Below, in pieces: positions 1 through 11,390 of a DNA stretch of 64,000 nucleotides. This stretch comes from Eledone cirrhosa (lineage: Eukaryota). Numbering within the stretch: the first letter of the stretch is position 1; each line of letters begins with the position of its first letter. The notes below the pieces were generated by a model, which saw nothing but the letters and a program-made list of their open reading frames with translations, was not told the origin of the DNA and did no database searches. The stretch is taken from positions 11,718,001 to 11,782,000 of the forward strand of contig OZ024753.1 of assembly GCA_964016885.1 (NCBI GenBank), read 5' to 3'. Position numbers and translations under genes: made by a program.

Positions 1-106
1 TATATATATATATAGTGGTGGAACACTGGAAGGTAATATCCGTAGTGGTAGAGCACTCAGTCCAAGGGACGAGTTAGGTAAAAGTGGTTACACAACAGTT
101 AGTTCA

Positions 107-156
107 CCATACCGAGAACAATTGTTTCACCTTAGTGGATCCTCAGCTCGGAATGG
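107..156 (-). ncRNA. Minimal hammerhead ribozyme in the 3' pLTR of the PLE (family A)
   Basis: The minus strand reads ccattccgag-CTGAGGA-tccactaaggt-GAAA-caattg-TT-ctcggtatgg: helix I ccgag/ctcgg, short helix II, palindromic helix III ACAATTGT. Related copies at ~39276-39320 and ~39944-39978. Confidence 0.75.
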
Positions 157-285
157 GCATGGTTATAGGAACAGGAAGGACAACCGTACGAACGCACATG
201 CGCAGAAACCCGGTCACTTCACACAGGCAATACTAGACTGCGAAAGTCCGAAAAGTTTTTAGGTTGAAAATAAAATTACAAAGAA

Positions 286-1071
286 TCAGTCCGGAGCCTT
301 GTAGTTATGCAATATGTGTTTGGCGACGTGTGGACAACGTGTGAAAAATTCACTTCGTGTTTAGGCATTCACTATTGCGTAATCTCTTTAGAATAGTTAT
401 TCGTTCGTCAATACATAAGCCACACGTCGGATTTCCCCTTGCGTATGGCTTGGACTTAGTGATGGCTTTCCATTGAATGGCGTAGTCTATACCTGAATCC
501 TTGAGGGACCATACGTGGCACGCGAGTTTCTGTCCGGGTACTTGAAGTTAGACTGGTGGTTTAGGAAACGTTCCTTGAATCGGCCCTCCATTCTCACATA
601 GGATTTGACCTCCCGTAGGTCGTTTGGTCGGTTGGAAGTGACCACAGCTTCATAGATTACAGCTGGTGTTGCATTGCTGTTGAAGGGGGAAAGCTTCAGG
701 CTCCGGCAAGAGCACCCTGGTGGGGTGTTGCTCCTAGGACTGCTGGTGATGTGGGCTTTCATGTTCTCGGCGCAGGAGTATCCTAGTTTAACTTTGTGTC
801 GGTTAAAGATGGAGCGGTATTTATGACCTATGGGGAAGTTTCTATCTAAGAGGGCTAGACATTTTTTTCCTACATTGGTTTTAACGTTGAGTGAGAAGGG
901 AGGAGAGAACCAGATAGATTTGGCTATTGTTGCGCTTACTTTTCTTAATGGTGTTGTTGCTAGTGGGAGAGTAAGTGATAGGTTGTGAGAAGCCGCTGTT
1001 AGCCAACGCCGTGTTAAGTAGGGTGCCGCCCTGTCAAAGATAGCCTTATTAGAGGAGAGGTTTGAGATTCT
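286..1071 (-). pseudogene. Penelope-like element (PLE) ORF, 3' part: RT thumb/linker plus GIY-YIG endonuclease, frameshifted and 5'-truncated
   Basis: ORF 487-1110 contains WFSPPFSLNVKTNVGKK, SIFNRHKVKLGYSC, a CSCR linker and VIYEAVV...SYV..EGRFKERFLNH (GIY-YIG-like). A second frame read by hand continues IQWKAITKSKPY...CGLCIDER...CLNTRSEFFTRCPH to TGA at 286-288. The first ~13 codons of the listed ORF come from an adjacent repeat. Confidence 0.85.
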
Positions 1072-1195
1072 AAAGGAACCAGATGGACCATAACGCACCA
1101 GAGTACTCAATACTTAGGGTAGTAGAGTGGGAATTAGGAAAAAAGTATGACCCCGACGAAACGGCTTGAGCTCTGCCGTCGGGGTCATACCTTTT

Positions 1196-1200
<5 letters not shown>
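1072..1200 (-). mobile_element. PLE pLTR remnant, family B, with a short fold-back
   Basis: Homologous to 1725-1922. It contains gaccccgacg...GAAAcggcttgagctctgccgTCggggtc and abuts (TA)n. Confidence 0.7.
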
Positions 1201-1227
<27 letters not shown>

Positions 1228-1233
<6 letters not shown>

Positions 1234-1710
1234 TAATAAAATAACAGGAGGCTGGACTTGTTTAAATCCTTGAAAGGTTTATTATACTATGATCATTTCA
1301 ATGACCGGGTTCCGTATGAATCCGGTGATATCATCAGGTATTCGAAATATAATAAATGAATGTAACATATAAAATCCATGGGGCTGATGGTCTGTCGTCC
1401 TCGGGTCTATGATTTTCAGCCCCATAGATTTTATCTGTTACATTCATTTATTATATTTCGAATACCTGATGATATCACCGGATTCATACGGAACCCGGTC
1501 ATTGAAATGATCATAGTATAATAAACCTTTCAAGGATTTACACAAGTCCAGCCTCCTGTTATTTTATAATAATTAACTCCTTACTCGCACCACCAACTAC
1601 ACAAACGAAGACGGTTGAGCTGCATTACGTTGAGTACTCTCCATCATTTTACATCAATATTGACCATACGGAATGACCAACTCGATCCAGTGGTGAACCT
1701 TCAAACCTAA
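1228..1710 (+). mobile_element. PLE pLTR fold-back insert, family C (arms 1228-1387 / 1416-1575)
   Basis: Near-perfect ~160-bp inverted repeat with a 28-nt loop, a unique 3' extension, and (TA)n on both sides. Confidence 0.8.
1462..1519 (+). ncRNA. Hammerhead ribozyme (type I, palindromic helix III)
   Basis: atac-CTGATGA-tatcaccgg..ccggtcatt-GAAA-tgatca-TA-gtat. A mirror copy lies on the minus strand in the left arm. Confidence 0.75.
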
Positions 1711-1724
1711 ATATATATATATAT

Positions 1725-1921
1725 ATAGGAACAAGTAAGACCCCGACGGCTGAGCTTAAGCCGTTTCGACGGCTAATTCTGGACAGTCCAGAATTAGCCG
1801 TCGAAACGGCTTGAGCTCAGCCGTCGGGGTCTTACTTGTTCCTATTACCCACTCTACTACCCTAAGTATTGAGTACTTTGGTGCGTTATGGTCCACCTGG
1901 TTCCTTACCACATTTCCTTCG

Positions 1922-1922
<1 letters not shown>
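1725..1922 (+). mobile_element. PLE pLTR family B with a 121-bp palindrome centred at 1785
   Basis: 1725-1845 is almost perfectly self-complementary. It holds the hammerhead 3' half GAAA-cggc-ttgagctca-gccg-TC (1803-1825) and is flanked by (TA)n. Confidence 0.8.
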
Positions 1923-1969
<47 letters not shown>

Positions 1970-2112
1970 GAGAAATACAAAAGAATCCGTGGCTGTATGA
2001 TATCTGTATGATATCTGTATGATATCTGTACATACCATTGTTTGAGCATGCGTGTTCCGTGCATGAAAATAAATATAAATATGCATCAGTAAATATCCTT
2101 ATAATGGTTTAT

Positions 2113-2953
2113 TATTGAGGCACCAATTTGGGGGAGGGGAAAGTCGATTAAATCGACACCAGTGTGTTACTGGTAGTCTATTTTAACGACCCCGTAAGGG
2201 TGAAAGGCATAGATAACCTCAAAGGGATTTGAACTCATAGCGTAAAGGGTTGTAACTCTATTCCGCAGAGCATATAGTCCGACGCTGTACTGATACTGCC
2301 AATCCACCGCCTTTAAATATCTCAATAGTAAAATGCATGAATCATATGTATGTATTATTATGTGGATTGGCAGTATCGGTAGAGGGTCGGACGCCATGCG
2401 TTGACGCACAGAGTTACGGCCCTTTATGGTCTAAGTTCAAATCCCGCCGAGTTTAACTTTGCCTTTCATCCTTACGGGGTCGATAAAATAAAGTACCAGT
2501 AATACACTGGTATAATTGCTGGCCTTGTGCCAAAAGTAGAAACAATTATTCGAAGTCACAACAAAGATTGTGCATGATTAACATTAAACATTCATTGTCA
2601 CAACACTATAATTATTTCCACTCTGGGCACAAGGCCAGCAGTGCCCTCAGTGCATTACTGGTACTTTATTTTATCGACCCCGTAAGGATGAAAGGCAAAG
2701 TTAACCTCGGCTGGATTTGAACTTAGAATGGCAAGGGCCGTAACTATGCGTCAAAGCATAACACTATATTTGTTTCTACTTTTGGCACAAAGCCAGCAAA
2801 TACCCAATGCATTACTGGTACTTTATTTTATCGACCCCGTAAGGATGAAAGGCAAAGTAAACCTCGGCGGGATTTGAACTCAGAATGGCAAGGACCGTAA
2901 CTATATGCGCCAAAGCATGGCGTCCGACCATCTACCGATACTGCCAATCCACC
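2113..2953. mobile_element. Cluster of four tRNA-derived OK/Meta-type SINEs (2113-2313 -, 2360-2550 +, 2612-2760 -, 2770-2953 -)
   Basis: A-box tggcagtatcgg, B-box gttcaaatcc, core gcctttcatccttacggggtcgataaaataaagtaccag, 3' end ggccttgtgccaaaagtagaaacaattat. Confidence 0.85.
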
Positions 2954-4010
2954 AATGACATCGAAATAGCCCTATCATCAATCCTACTGAAATGCTGTGT
3001 GAATTCTCAATGAGCAAAGCTGCAAACGAAAAACCATCCAGCACAAATCCTTTAGTAGATGGTATTAAGTACGTATGAATTTAAAAAGAACCTCACAAAT
3101 GTATTCCCTGGGCCTTATCTACAGCAGGTCATGGCGTATTAGAAAGATCACTAATGCAAAATATAAACATACTAAATATTTGCCAATGATGAAATCGATG
3201 TCTGAAAACCAGCTAATGATTTTAGAGTGTGGTGGGTATTACATTGGGATATATTTAGATCCATAAGATTTTAACTTCATTTCTGTGCAAAATCTACATA
3301 TATATAATCACAATAGCAGAAAAAACTAACATTTAGCTACCACTTGTGAACATGTATTTCGTTGTTAATCTATCTCATCATTACTCTTTCTCAATATCTC
3401 TAATTTTCTCTCATTTTAAATTTATCCTTCTCTCAATTTTTTTTTTCTATTTCCTTGTAAATACTTAAATACAAATTCAAAATGCCCGTCTCACCGTTTC
3501 AATCTCTCTCTCAATTTTTCTAATTTTCTCTCGTTTCCACTTTATCCTTCTCTCAATTTGTTTCTTTCTATTTCGCTGTACTACACACACACATACATCT
3601 ACTCTCATATAAACCTTTGTACGCTTCACCGACTAAATTTCACTCTAATTCGAGGCGAAGTCACGGTGCATCATTACATAAAACTATTTAATTCTGCAGA
3701 AAATTGTGTAGCTAATGTTGTTTACGCTTCAGATTCTGTCTCTCGCCATTTTCGGTGGTTTTTGTCGCTGTTTTACACTGGTGTCTTCTTTGTCTGTGTG
3801 TGGTGAATGTCAGTGTATGTGTGTATGCGAGTATATGTGAATAAAATAGGCAGTTTTGCCACATGCTGACAACATCATGTGTGGTCAGACAACTAAATAA
3901 ACGTCATCCATTAAAAAAAAAAAAAGAGACAAGATAACATGGCATTTCTGTGTTGTGTTCTATATGAATATCTTCTGCTGCATGATACACACTCAAAACT
4001 TAACCACACA

Positions 4011-4061
<51 letters not shown>

Positions 4062-4066
<5 letters not shown>

Positions 4067-4366
4067 AAACAGAAATAACAACACAAGCGGTACATGATAA
4101 ATATATAGAAAGAATATATTAGTTTAACGCTTGAAATAGCAGGAAGAGGGTCTTAAGGTTTCGGACGCTAGTCCTTCATCAGAAAAAGGAATATATATAT
4201 ATATATATATATATGTCGTCTGGAACTACTGGTACTAACTTTTGAAACGGCAAGAGCTCCGCTGTCGGTGTCCCGACTCTTTATAATATAACCATACTCT
4301 ACTACCTCAAGTATCGAGTACTTTGTGGAGTAATGGTATAACCAGTTTCAAACTAAATCCAACCTG

Positions 4367-4370
<4 letters not shown>
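4062..4370. mobile_element. Two TA-flanked PLE pLTR remnants (4062-4192 -, with a hammerhead-like core; ~4245-4370 +, family B)
   Basis: The minus strand at ~4150-4185 reads CTGATGA-aggac-tagc-gtcc-GAAA. The second piece has gaaacggcaagagctccgctgtcgg and tcgagtact. Confidence 0.6.
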
Positions 4371-4414
<44 letters not shown>

Positions 4415-5726
4415 GGGAGAAAAAGACGATTATTAGGGAGAAAAAGACGATTATTAGGAAGAAAAATATTTTTTTCCTTTCATTTGTTTCTCTTTTTTCT
4501 GGGTTAGAAAATGTTTAAAACAAAATATTTTACTTTGTGTGTAGTTTTAAGGTATTAGTTAATTTATTTATTAATTAACAATAGCATTTATTTATTTATT
4601 TATATATTTAATAATTGTCTATTACCGGTTTCAGAATTGTATGCATTATCAAAGGGGGGAATTTGTATTGGTGTAAACTGTTGATGATGTTGAACATGTT
4701 AAGGAAATCGGGAAGAAAGAATAATATTATTTACAAACAAGGTTTTTGAAGTGAAAAGAAAAAAAGAAAAGAAAAAGGTGGTGATGTGGAACATGATAAG
4801 GTATTGGGAAAGAATATAGTTCTTCAGGATAAGCAGTTCAAAATGTGTTATTATGAAAAGAGCGCTTAGATATATATATATATATAATTTAGAAACACAA
4901 ACGTAAGAACAATTCCCAGATTTTGAGTGTGTATCAGCAGGATATATATATATGCATGTATGTAAATAGCTATTCTGATACAGGAAGTGTAGTTGGACTT
5001 CGTCGTGATATTAAAAATGACATTTCTGAATATGCTGATGCTGCTGGCTGTTGTGCTTTAGACAATGTTGGCGATGATGATGATGGTATATCTGCGTGTG
5101 TGGGGGTTAGTGGAGGTGAGGTTGGCGGTTGTGTATGATTGAATTGTTTTAGTAAACTTCTCTTCAGAAGAAACTTAAAAGTAGAATGTTTGTCTCACCT
5201 TCATATCTACTGGCATCCTTGGAACAGATGTGTTTGGCTACTGACCTGACCAATATTGATCACTGTCAAGACATTTAAGATATGTGGAGGCATTGTGTTG
5301 ATCAGTCTGGCGTTAGGATATGATAAACGATTAATTATCCTTTGTCAGCCATTCCAGACAGGTCTGTATGCATGTAATGACGAGAGAAAATAATTATTTA
5401 TAGAGAAATTGTGTATGTACGTGACTGCGTGCGTGTGTGCGTGTGTGTGTAGGACTGAGGGTACGTCTTGATTCACGTGTGCTTTTGATCCTGTGGTTGT
5501 GTGTTTACGAAAGTTTGTGCCTCTTATTGTGTGTGTTTCTATGCAAGATTGCCTCTGTACATGCTTACATAGACTTACAGATTTGTTAGTGTTACATCGC
5601 TTTTCTAATTAAGTATGGTCATGCATGAACACTGGCAGACTTTAGATGAATATCTAATTATTTGATCAGATTTTATACATGTATCCATCCCTCCATCCAT
5701 CCATACATTCAAACACAACCGGATTT

Positions 5727-6030
5727 AATGACCCCATTTCACTATTGATCAGCACAAGGTTCGATCAGTATCGATCTAGCTCGACTCTAGAATCAAAACC
5801 TCGTCAGACCTCTATGATTGTCCGAAGAGCATTTAATTCCAGAGACGGGCTAGATCGATACAGATCGAACCTTGTGCTGATTAATAGCGAAACATGCGTC
5901 ACTACACAATAAACGTAATGAAGACTTAACATGTCGTAATTTTCATTATTATTACACTGTGCTTAGTTCTACGCCTCTAGAAACTACACATCGAACACTC
6001 ACTCTGCTGAACCTACAGTAACTGGACATT
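5727..6030 (+). mobile_element. Fold-back repeat, family F (arms ~5736-5793 / 5836-5893), probable PLE pLTR
   Basis: Inverted repeat ending in gctgattaatagcGAAAcatgcgTC. Homologous to 41235-41505 and 47368-47690. Confidence 0.65.
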
Positions 6031-6104
6031 ACATTGCCCCGTGCACCCTACAGTGGGAGGCCCCAACAGACATATTTATATATAGGTAGTATGAATTATA
6101 TGTA

Positions 6105-6720
6105 GTTAATGATAGCTTCCTCCTCGTTATCGAGTATGGCCATTGTACGATATAACATTGATAATTATTAATTGATTCTATCGTGCAATGCCTGTGCGTG
6201 AAGATTTTTTTTAAAGTGAGGAAAGACTGTGCACTGAGACAATCCCACTCTCTGAGCGACAGTAGCTATAACCCGAAAAGAAAAGATCAAGATCATTGGT
6301 AACTACTGAGACGCAGGTTTTATGTCGGAGTTATCCCAATTTGTTGAGTTGCTTTCTCCTAGAAGAATGCCCTGACAAAGGCTAGGGGTCCTTCACTTCC
6401 AGTGGTTTAACCGCGTGATCGGGTATCCAGCCCGATTATTTCTATTTCCCCGAGCATACACATTTATACATGTATATACATATATACACATATATATACA
6501 TATATACACATGCATATTTTTACATATTTGGATGGCCGTCGACTCTTATGATTTCTTCCGCCCTTTGTCAGGTTTTGTTTTCTGTCCTGCAGTGTGTCCA
6601 AAATCACCCTCCCCACGAAGTAAACTTAGTGGGGGTTGACGGTTCAGTCGCCGATGGCTCGACCGGTTGTACCGGGTTACATGTTACCAGTAGCACTCAA
6701 GAGTGAATCGACATAGTTAA
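6105..6720 (-). mobile_element. Interspersed repeat resembling an RTE-type 5' UTR, interrupted by a microsatellite at ~6455-6525
   Basis: 6180-6452 matches 26474-26752, 6110-6150 matches 17331-17371, and 6530-6712 matches 31724-31900 (inverted). The RTE 5' UTR assignment is inferred from recalled motif similarity. Confidence 0.6.
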
Positions 6721-7012
6721 TAAACACATATATAATACATACATATATCATACACATATACATAACATAAAAATCAGGGTAAAATACAATATGCGAATGT
6801 TTGTATAACATATTTTTCTGAGGTTTTACGTTCCATTATTTCGCATATCGAAGGTGAGCGGGGAAATCTGTTAACTTTTATCAATCAAGTATTTATCGAA
6901 ATGTCGCTTGATTAATATAGAATGACAATGATAGAAGACATCAAATGAGAGGATAAATTCAGGCAAAATTGTTAAAATAATCAAGTTTGATAAACAAAAT
7001 TATCTTTAGTTT

Positions 7013-7524
7013 GTATCTATCTATCTAGGGCGGGTAAAATTCCCGAGATCCATGGACGAGTTCTCTCCAGCGGTTTCTGTCCCTCATTATCGCTGTCATG
7101 TCCTGCGTCTCCAAGAGACCAGTGTCTGTCCTTAGGGCATCAACATTTGTCAACCTCGGTCTCCCTATGCTAGTGTGTCCGTGCAGGGGCTCCCTCAGGA
7201 GCACTGAGTGATGTGTCAATTCTGGAAGTCGGTGAGCATGTCCAGCTAACCTCAGTCTCCTATGTGCTACTTTCGAACTGACTTTTGAGAGGCTCCCGTA
7301 CAGCTCTGAGTTCTTCATCCTCAGTGAATACTGATTCATGTTCAGAGCCATCCTCAGCATTCTCGTGTAGCACTCATCCACCATCTGAGTGAGTTTCTTA
7401 GTTAGTGTGCAAGTCTCAGACTCGTACAGCAGCTCAGACTCCACTGCAGCAACGATGAGGCAGATCTTCAGGTCTTTACATAGGTCCGACTTCCACACCG
7501 ATCTCAATCTGTGGCACGCCACAC
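7013..7524 (-). mobile_element. 5'-truncated RTE-clade LINE 3' end
   Basis: ORF 7025-7522 (VESELLYESE, RRLRLAGH, GRPRLT, DRNRWRELV), (TAGA)n tail, and an 11-bp TSD atctttagttt at 7002-7012 and 7525-7535. Confidence 0.9.
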
Positions 7525-8143
7525 ATCTTTAGTTTACAGAAAGTAAATAGACAAGCATTTGAGATGGATAACTAAAAGAAAAAGTTTGAATAATGAAAGA
7601 AGTTAGTACATAATAAACCTGGCAAAAATATTGAAGCCTCGGCGATAAATTGCAATAAAACCTTTGAAAAAGTTTTAGAGTAAACTAAATAAAAAGAAAG
7701 AAAACTGGAGAAAGACTCATATAAGCAGACGACAAAGGAAAAATGAAGGAAAGTATATATAAAAAGAAGAGAGGTATAAAGTAGAGCTAAAAAAGGCGTC
7801 CTTTTTATATATCCATTTAACATCTTTATGAATGGCGACCGTGTCAAACTTGAATGTTACGCTTGCGGTTGGTATAAACTGTATTTGCCATACCTATATG
7901 TTTGACTCTCTTTCTCTATATATATAGATACACACACACAAATATATTATATATATGCATGTGTATATATATATATCCATATATATATATATATATATCC
8001 ATATATATATATTTCGTTTCTGAGTATATATATATATATATATATAGTGGTAGAGCACTCAGTCCATGGGACGAGTTAGGTAGAAGTATGTATATATATA
8101 TATCTGTGTTTGTGAGTGTATTTATATATATATATAGAGAGAG

Positions 8144-8207
<64 letters not shown>

Positions 8208-8549
8208 CGAAATAATGTTTATACGAAGAAACGATTCATACAGCAACATATATATATATGTGTGTGTGGAATATATGTATGTGTGTGTATTAATGTGTAT
8301 ATATATTTTGAAAAGCATTAGAAATGCGCAACTGGTAAAAACTTAAAACTAAAACTGAATACTAACCAATACTTATTACTAATTAAACTACGGGGTCGAT
8401 AAAATAAAGTACCAGTAATGTACTGGTAATTGGTGGCCTTGTCAAAAGTAGAAACAATTACTAATTAAACTATTTTTCACTGGGAAAAATGTGTCAGCAT
8501 TTTCTTTTCCTAATATATATATATATATATACATATATACATATGTATA

Positions 8550-9190
8550 GTGCAAATTTATACGGGTACAAAACAGAGGGCAGACAAATAAAGGTTTATT
8601 AGGTTCACGCATTTGAGAGTGAGGGGGGGGGGGGTTCGGGCATAAGCCCTTCTCCAGGAGTAAATAGGTTAGGAAGAGAGCTCAGAGGGTGTGTGGAAAT
8701 ACTTTTAGAAAAAAGGGGGAAGGAGAACAAATAAAAATAAACAAACATAAACGTAAAAATAAACATAAGAATAAACAATAAGATGGACAAGTGGTGGAAG
8801 GGTGTGAGGCGTGTAAGGGTGGTCGCGGGTGGAGTTGGAAAAGGGAGGCGATATATATATATATATCGGAGGTGGAGGGAGAATGTGTATGCCTGACCGT
8901 AAGGGTAAGTACATATCAATATTTTATTCTATGGAATTCATTCCATGTAGAAATGTCTAATTAAGACTTACATTCGATTCATTCAGAGTAGAATTACCTT
9001 TCATGTTTGGTGTTAATGAGTATACTGAGTCTATAATTAATTTTAATTAGTTTTTCTGATGAGCGCCTGTATATACGTTAATGAGATATGAACAAGATTT
9101 AAACAATTCACAGGTTAAAAACTATAATTAATTATTTCTATAAATAATAATTTAGTCTATTCGGCATCACAGAAAGCGTCGCACACAGGC
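8550..9190 (-). mobile_element. Degenerate TA-flanked PLE-like 3' remnant
   Basis: The minus strand at ~8632-8660 reads ctggagaAGGGCttatGCCCgaa (decayed hammerhead core), with a pyrimidine-rich UTR. Confidence 0.4.
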
Positions 9191-9318
9191 ATATATATAT
9201 ATATATATATACGTATATACAGGTGTATATATATAAACGTATATACATGCATACATACACAGTGAAAAGGACATTTATATATATATACAAATGGCTTCTA
9301 CAGGACTAGAACTGTTTC

Positions 9319-9354
<36 letters not shown>

Positions 9355-9361
<7 letters not shown>

Positions 9362-9528
9362 ATATATTAATAATTGGATACTATATTTATAAAAGCATAA
9401 TTATTTTATTATCGATATTTCAACCTAGGTAAATTAGGGTGCGCTTTCATCAGATAAAATACAGATTTGTTTTATAAATAAATATTGACATACCCGGAAA
9501 AAAGACAACCTCTACGGTTGAAACTCGT

Positions 9529-9605
<77 letters not shown>

Positions 9606-9740
9606 AAATAATTATGGTTTTATAAATATAGTTTCTATTTATTAATATATTGTATATTTACACCACTTGTTGAGTGCTTTATATCAGTTATACACATTTT
9701 TAAGCTTGTTGAATCCCAACAAATTAAATATAACCTCTGC
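9355..9740. mobile_element. PLE pLTR remnants, family D
   Basis: Minus-strand attttat-CTGATGA...GAAA-atatcga-TA-ataaaat at ~9400-9461, and an inverted partner after a TA tract carrying ttgagtgct at 9670-9678. Confidence 0.6.
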
Positions 9741-9778
9741 ATATATATATATATATATACACATATATATATATACAC

Positions 9779-9809
<31 letters not shown>

Positions 9810-9867
9810 AATATATATATAAATGGCTTCTACAAGACTAGAACTGTTTCATTTATATATATATATG

Positions 9868-10283
9868 TACAATGATATTGAATAAATGGAAACTATATTT
9901 ATAAAACCATATTTACTCTATTATATATATTTCAAGAATACCAAAAATGTTGGTACGCTATCATCAGATAAAATACGAAGTGTGTTTTATAAATGTTGAC
10001 ATAACCAAAGATAATATACCTTAACGGTTCAAGTTATCCCTGGATAGTTAAGGTATATTATCCTTGGTTATGTCAAAATTTATAAAATACACTTCGTATT
10101 TTATCTGATGATAACGTACCAACATGTTGGTACCCTTGAAATATATATAATAGAATAAATATGGTTTTATAAATATAGTTTCCATTTATGTAATATCATT
10201 GTATATTATATTCCAGAAAACTGTTGATTGCTCGCAATCAGTTATAAACATTTATATTACCAAGAAATTGAATATGCCTTCTG

Positions 10284-10285
<2 letters not shown>
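9868..10285 (+). mobile_element. PLE pLTR fold-back insert, family D (arms 9868-10025 / 10047-10203)
   Basis: ~158-bp inverted repeat between (TA)n tracts. Confidence 0.8.
10098..10156 (+). ncRNA. Hammerhead ribozyme
   Basis: attttat-CTGATGA-taacgtaccaa-catg-ttggtaccctt-GAAA-tatata-TA-atagaat. Confidence 0.75.
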
Positions 10286-10327
<42 letters not shown>

Positions 10328-10396
10328 TTGTTCACCGAGTGTGTGAGGAAACGACCGAAGTTATGGCTGTTGTATTAGACGTGCTTCGTCTCCTAA

Positions 10397-10437
<41 letters not shown>

Positions 10438-10440
<3 letters not shown>

Positions 10441-10564
10441 GGTGGCCCAAAAGTCGCAAAACAGGACATTTTAAAGTTTCCATATTTATTTATTTATTTT
10501 TAATAAATTGTTTCTCATAAAACAACATTTTTTTTTTATATATCGTGATTTTTGGGGCAACCTG
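10438..10564. mobile_element. Tc1/mariner-type MITE
   Basis: TIRs cagggtggcccaaaagtc / gatttttggggcaacctg, with TA on both sides. Confidence 0.7.
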
Positions 10565-10570
10565 TATATA

Positions 10571-10626
<56 letters not shown>

Positions 10627-10630
<4 letters not shown>

Positions 10631-10880
10631 ATACTTGGGGAGGGTCATTTTGCTATAGTATTGCCAGAAATAATAACAGAACACACTCGCTCTTTGGTTT
10701 GGTTTTCGCTTCTCCATCTTTTATATCTCCATAGTTAATTTATCTGACAATCAATGATTATAATTGATTGACCAACGGTTAGAAATATTGATATAAATAT
10801 ATATAAAGTTCTTTCGTCACACATCTGTCCCATCATCAGTGGTAATATTATGTTTCCTCCCGTTGTATTGTAATGCCTAG
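10627..10880. repeat. Unclassified TA-flanked interspersed repeat
   Basis: gttatacttgggagggtcat...aagttctttcgtcacacat recurs at ~34476-34730. Confidence 0.55.
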
Positions 10881-10887
10881 CCAATTT

Positions 10888-10918
<31 letters not shown>

Positions 10919-10923
10919 CTAAT

Positions 10924-11390
10924 CTGAGTGAGTTTCTTGGTCAGTGTCCAAGTCTCAGACCCATACAGCAGAACAGACTCCACTACAGCAATGAAGAGGC
11001 GGATTTTCAAGTCTCTACGAAGGTCCGACTTCCACACCGATCTCAAGCTGTGGCATGCCGCCCAGGCCTTGCTCTTCCTCTCAACCACATCATCTTCCGT
11101 ATTCCCAATCTTTCCTCCCAAATACAGGAAGTCCTCAACCAATTCCAGCGGCCTCCCGCCTACATTAGTGATCCCTCTCTGGCTTCTCAACATTCTCTAC
11201 CAGATATTTCGTTTTAGTCTCATTCATTCTCAGCCCCACACTCATCGACACAGTCTCAACCTCCCGCATCAAACCCTGAGGACAGACACTGGTCTGATGC
11301 AGGACATGGCAACGATAATGAGGGACAGAGACCGCTGGAGAGAACTCGTCCATGGACCTCGGGAATTTTACCCGCCTTAGATAGATAGAT
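10924..11390 (+). mobile_element. RTE LINE 3' end with a 5' inversion
   Basis: 10924-~11270 is RTE coding sequence on the minus strand (FLYLGGKI, VLLYGSETW). ~11272-11390 is the 3' end on the plus strand with a (TAGA)n tail. TSD atatatactaat at 10912-10923 and 11389-11400. Confidence 0.85.

Noticed and set aside
1228-1575. Long hairpins as MITEs or pre-miRNAs
   Set aside because: A one-sided extension beyond the repeat, variable axes, internal hammerhead cores and the lack of transposon-type termini fit inverted PLE pLTRs better.
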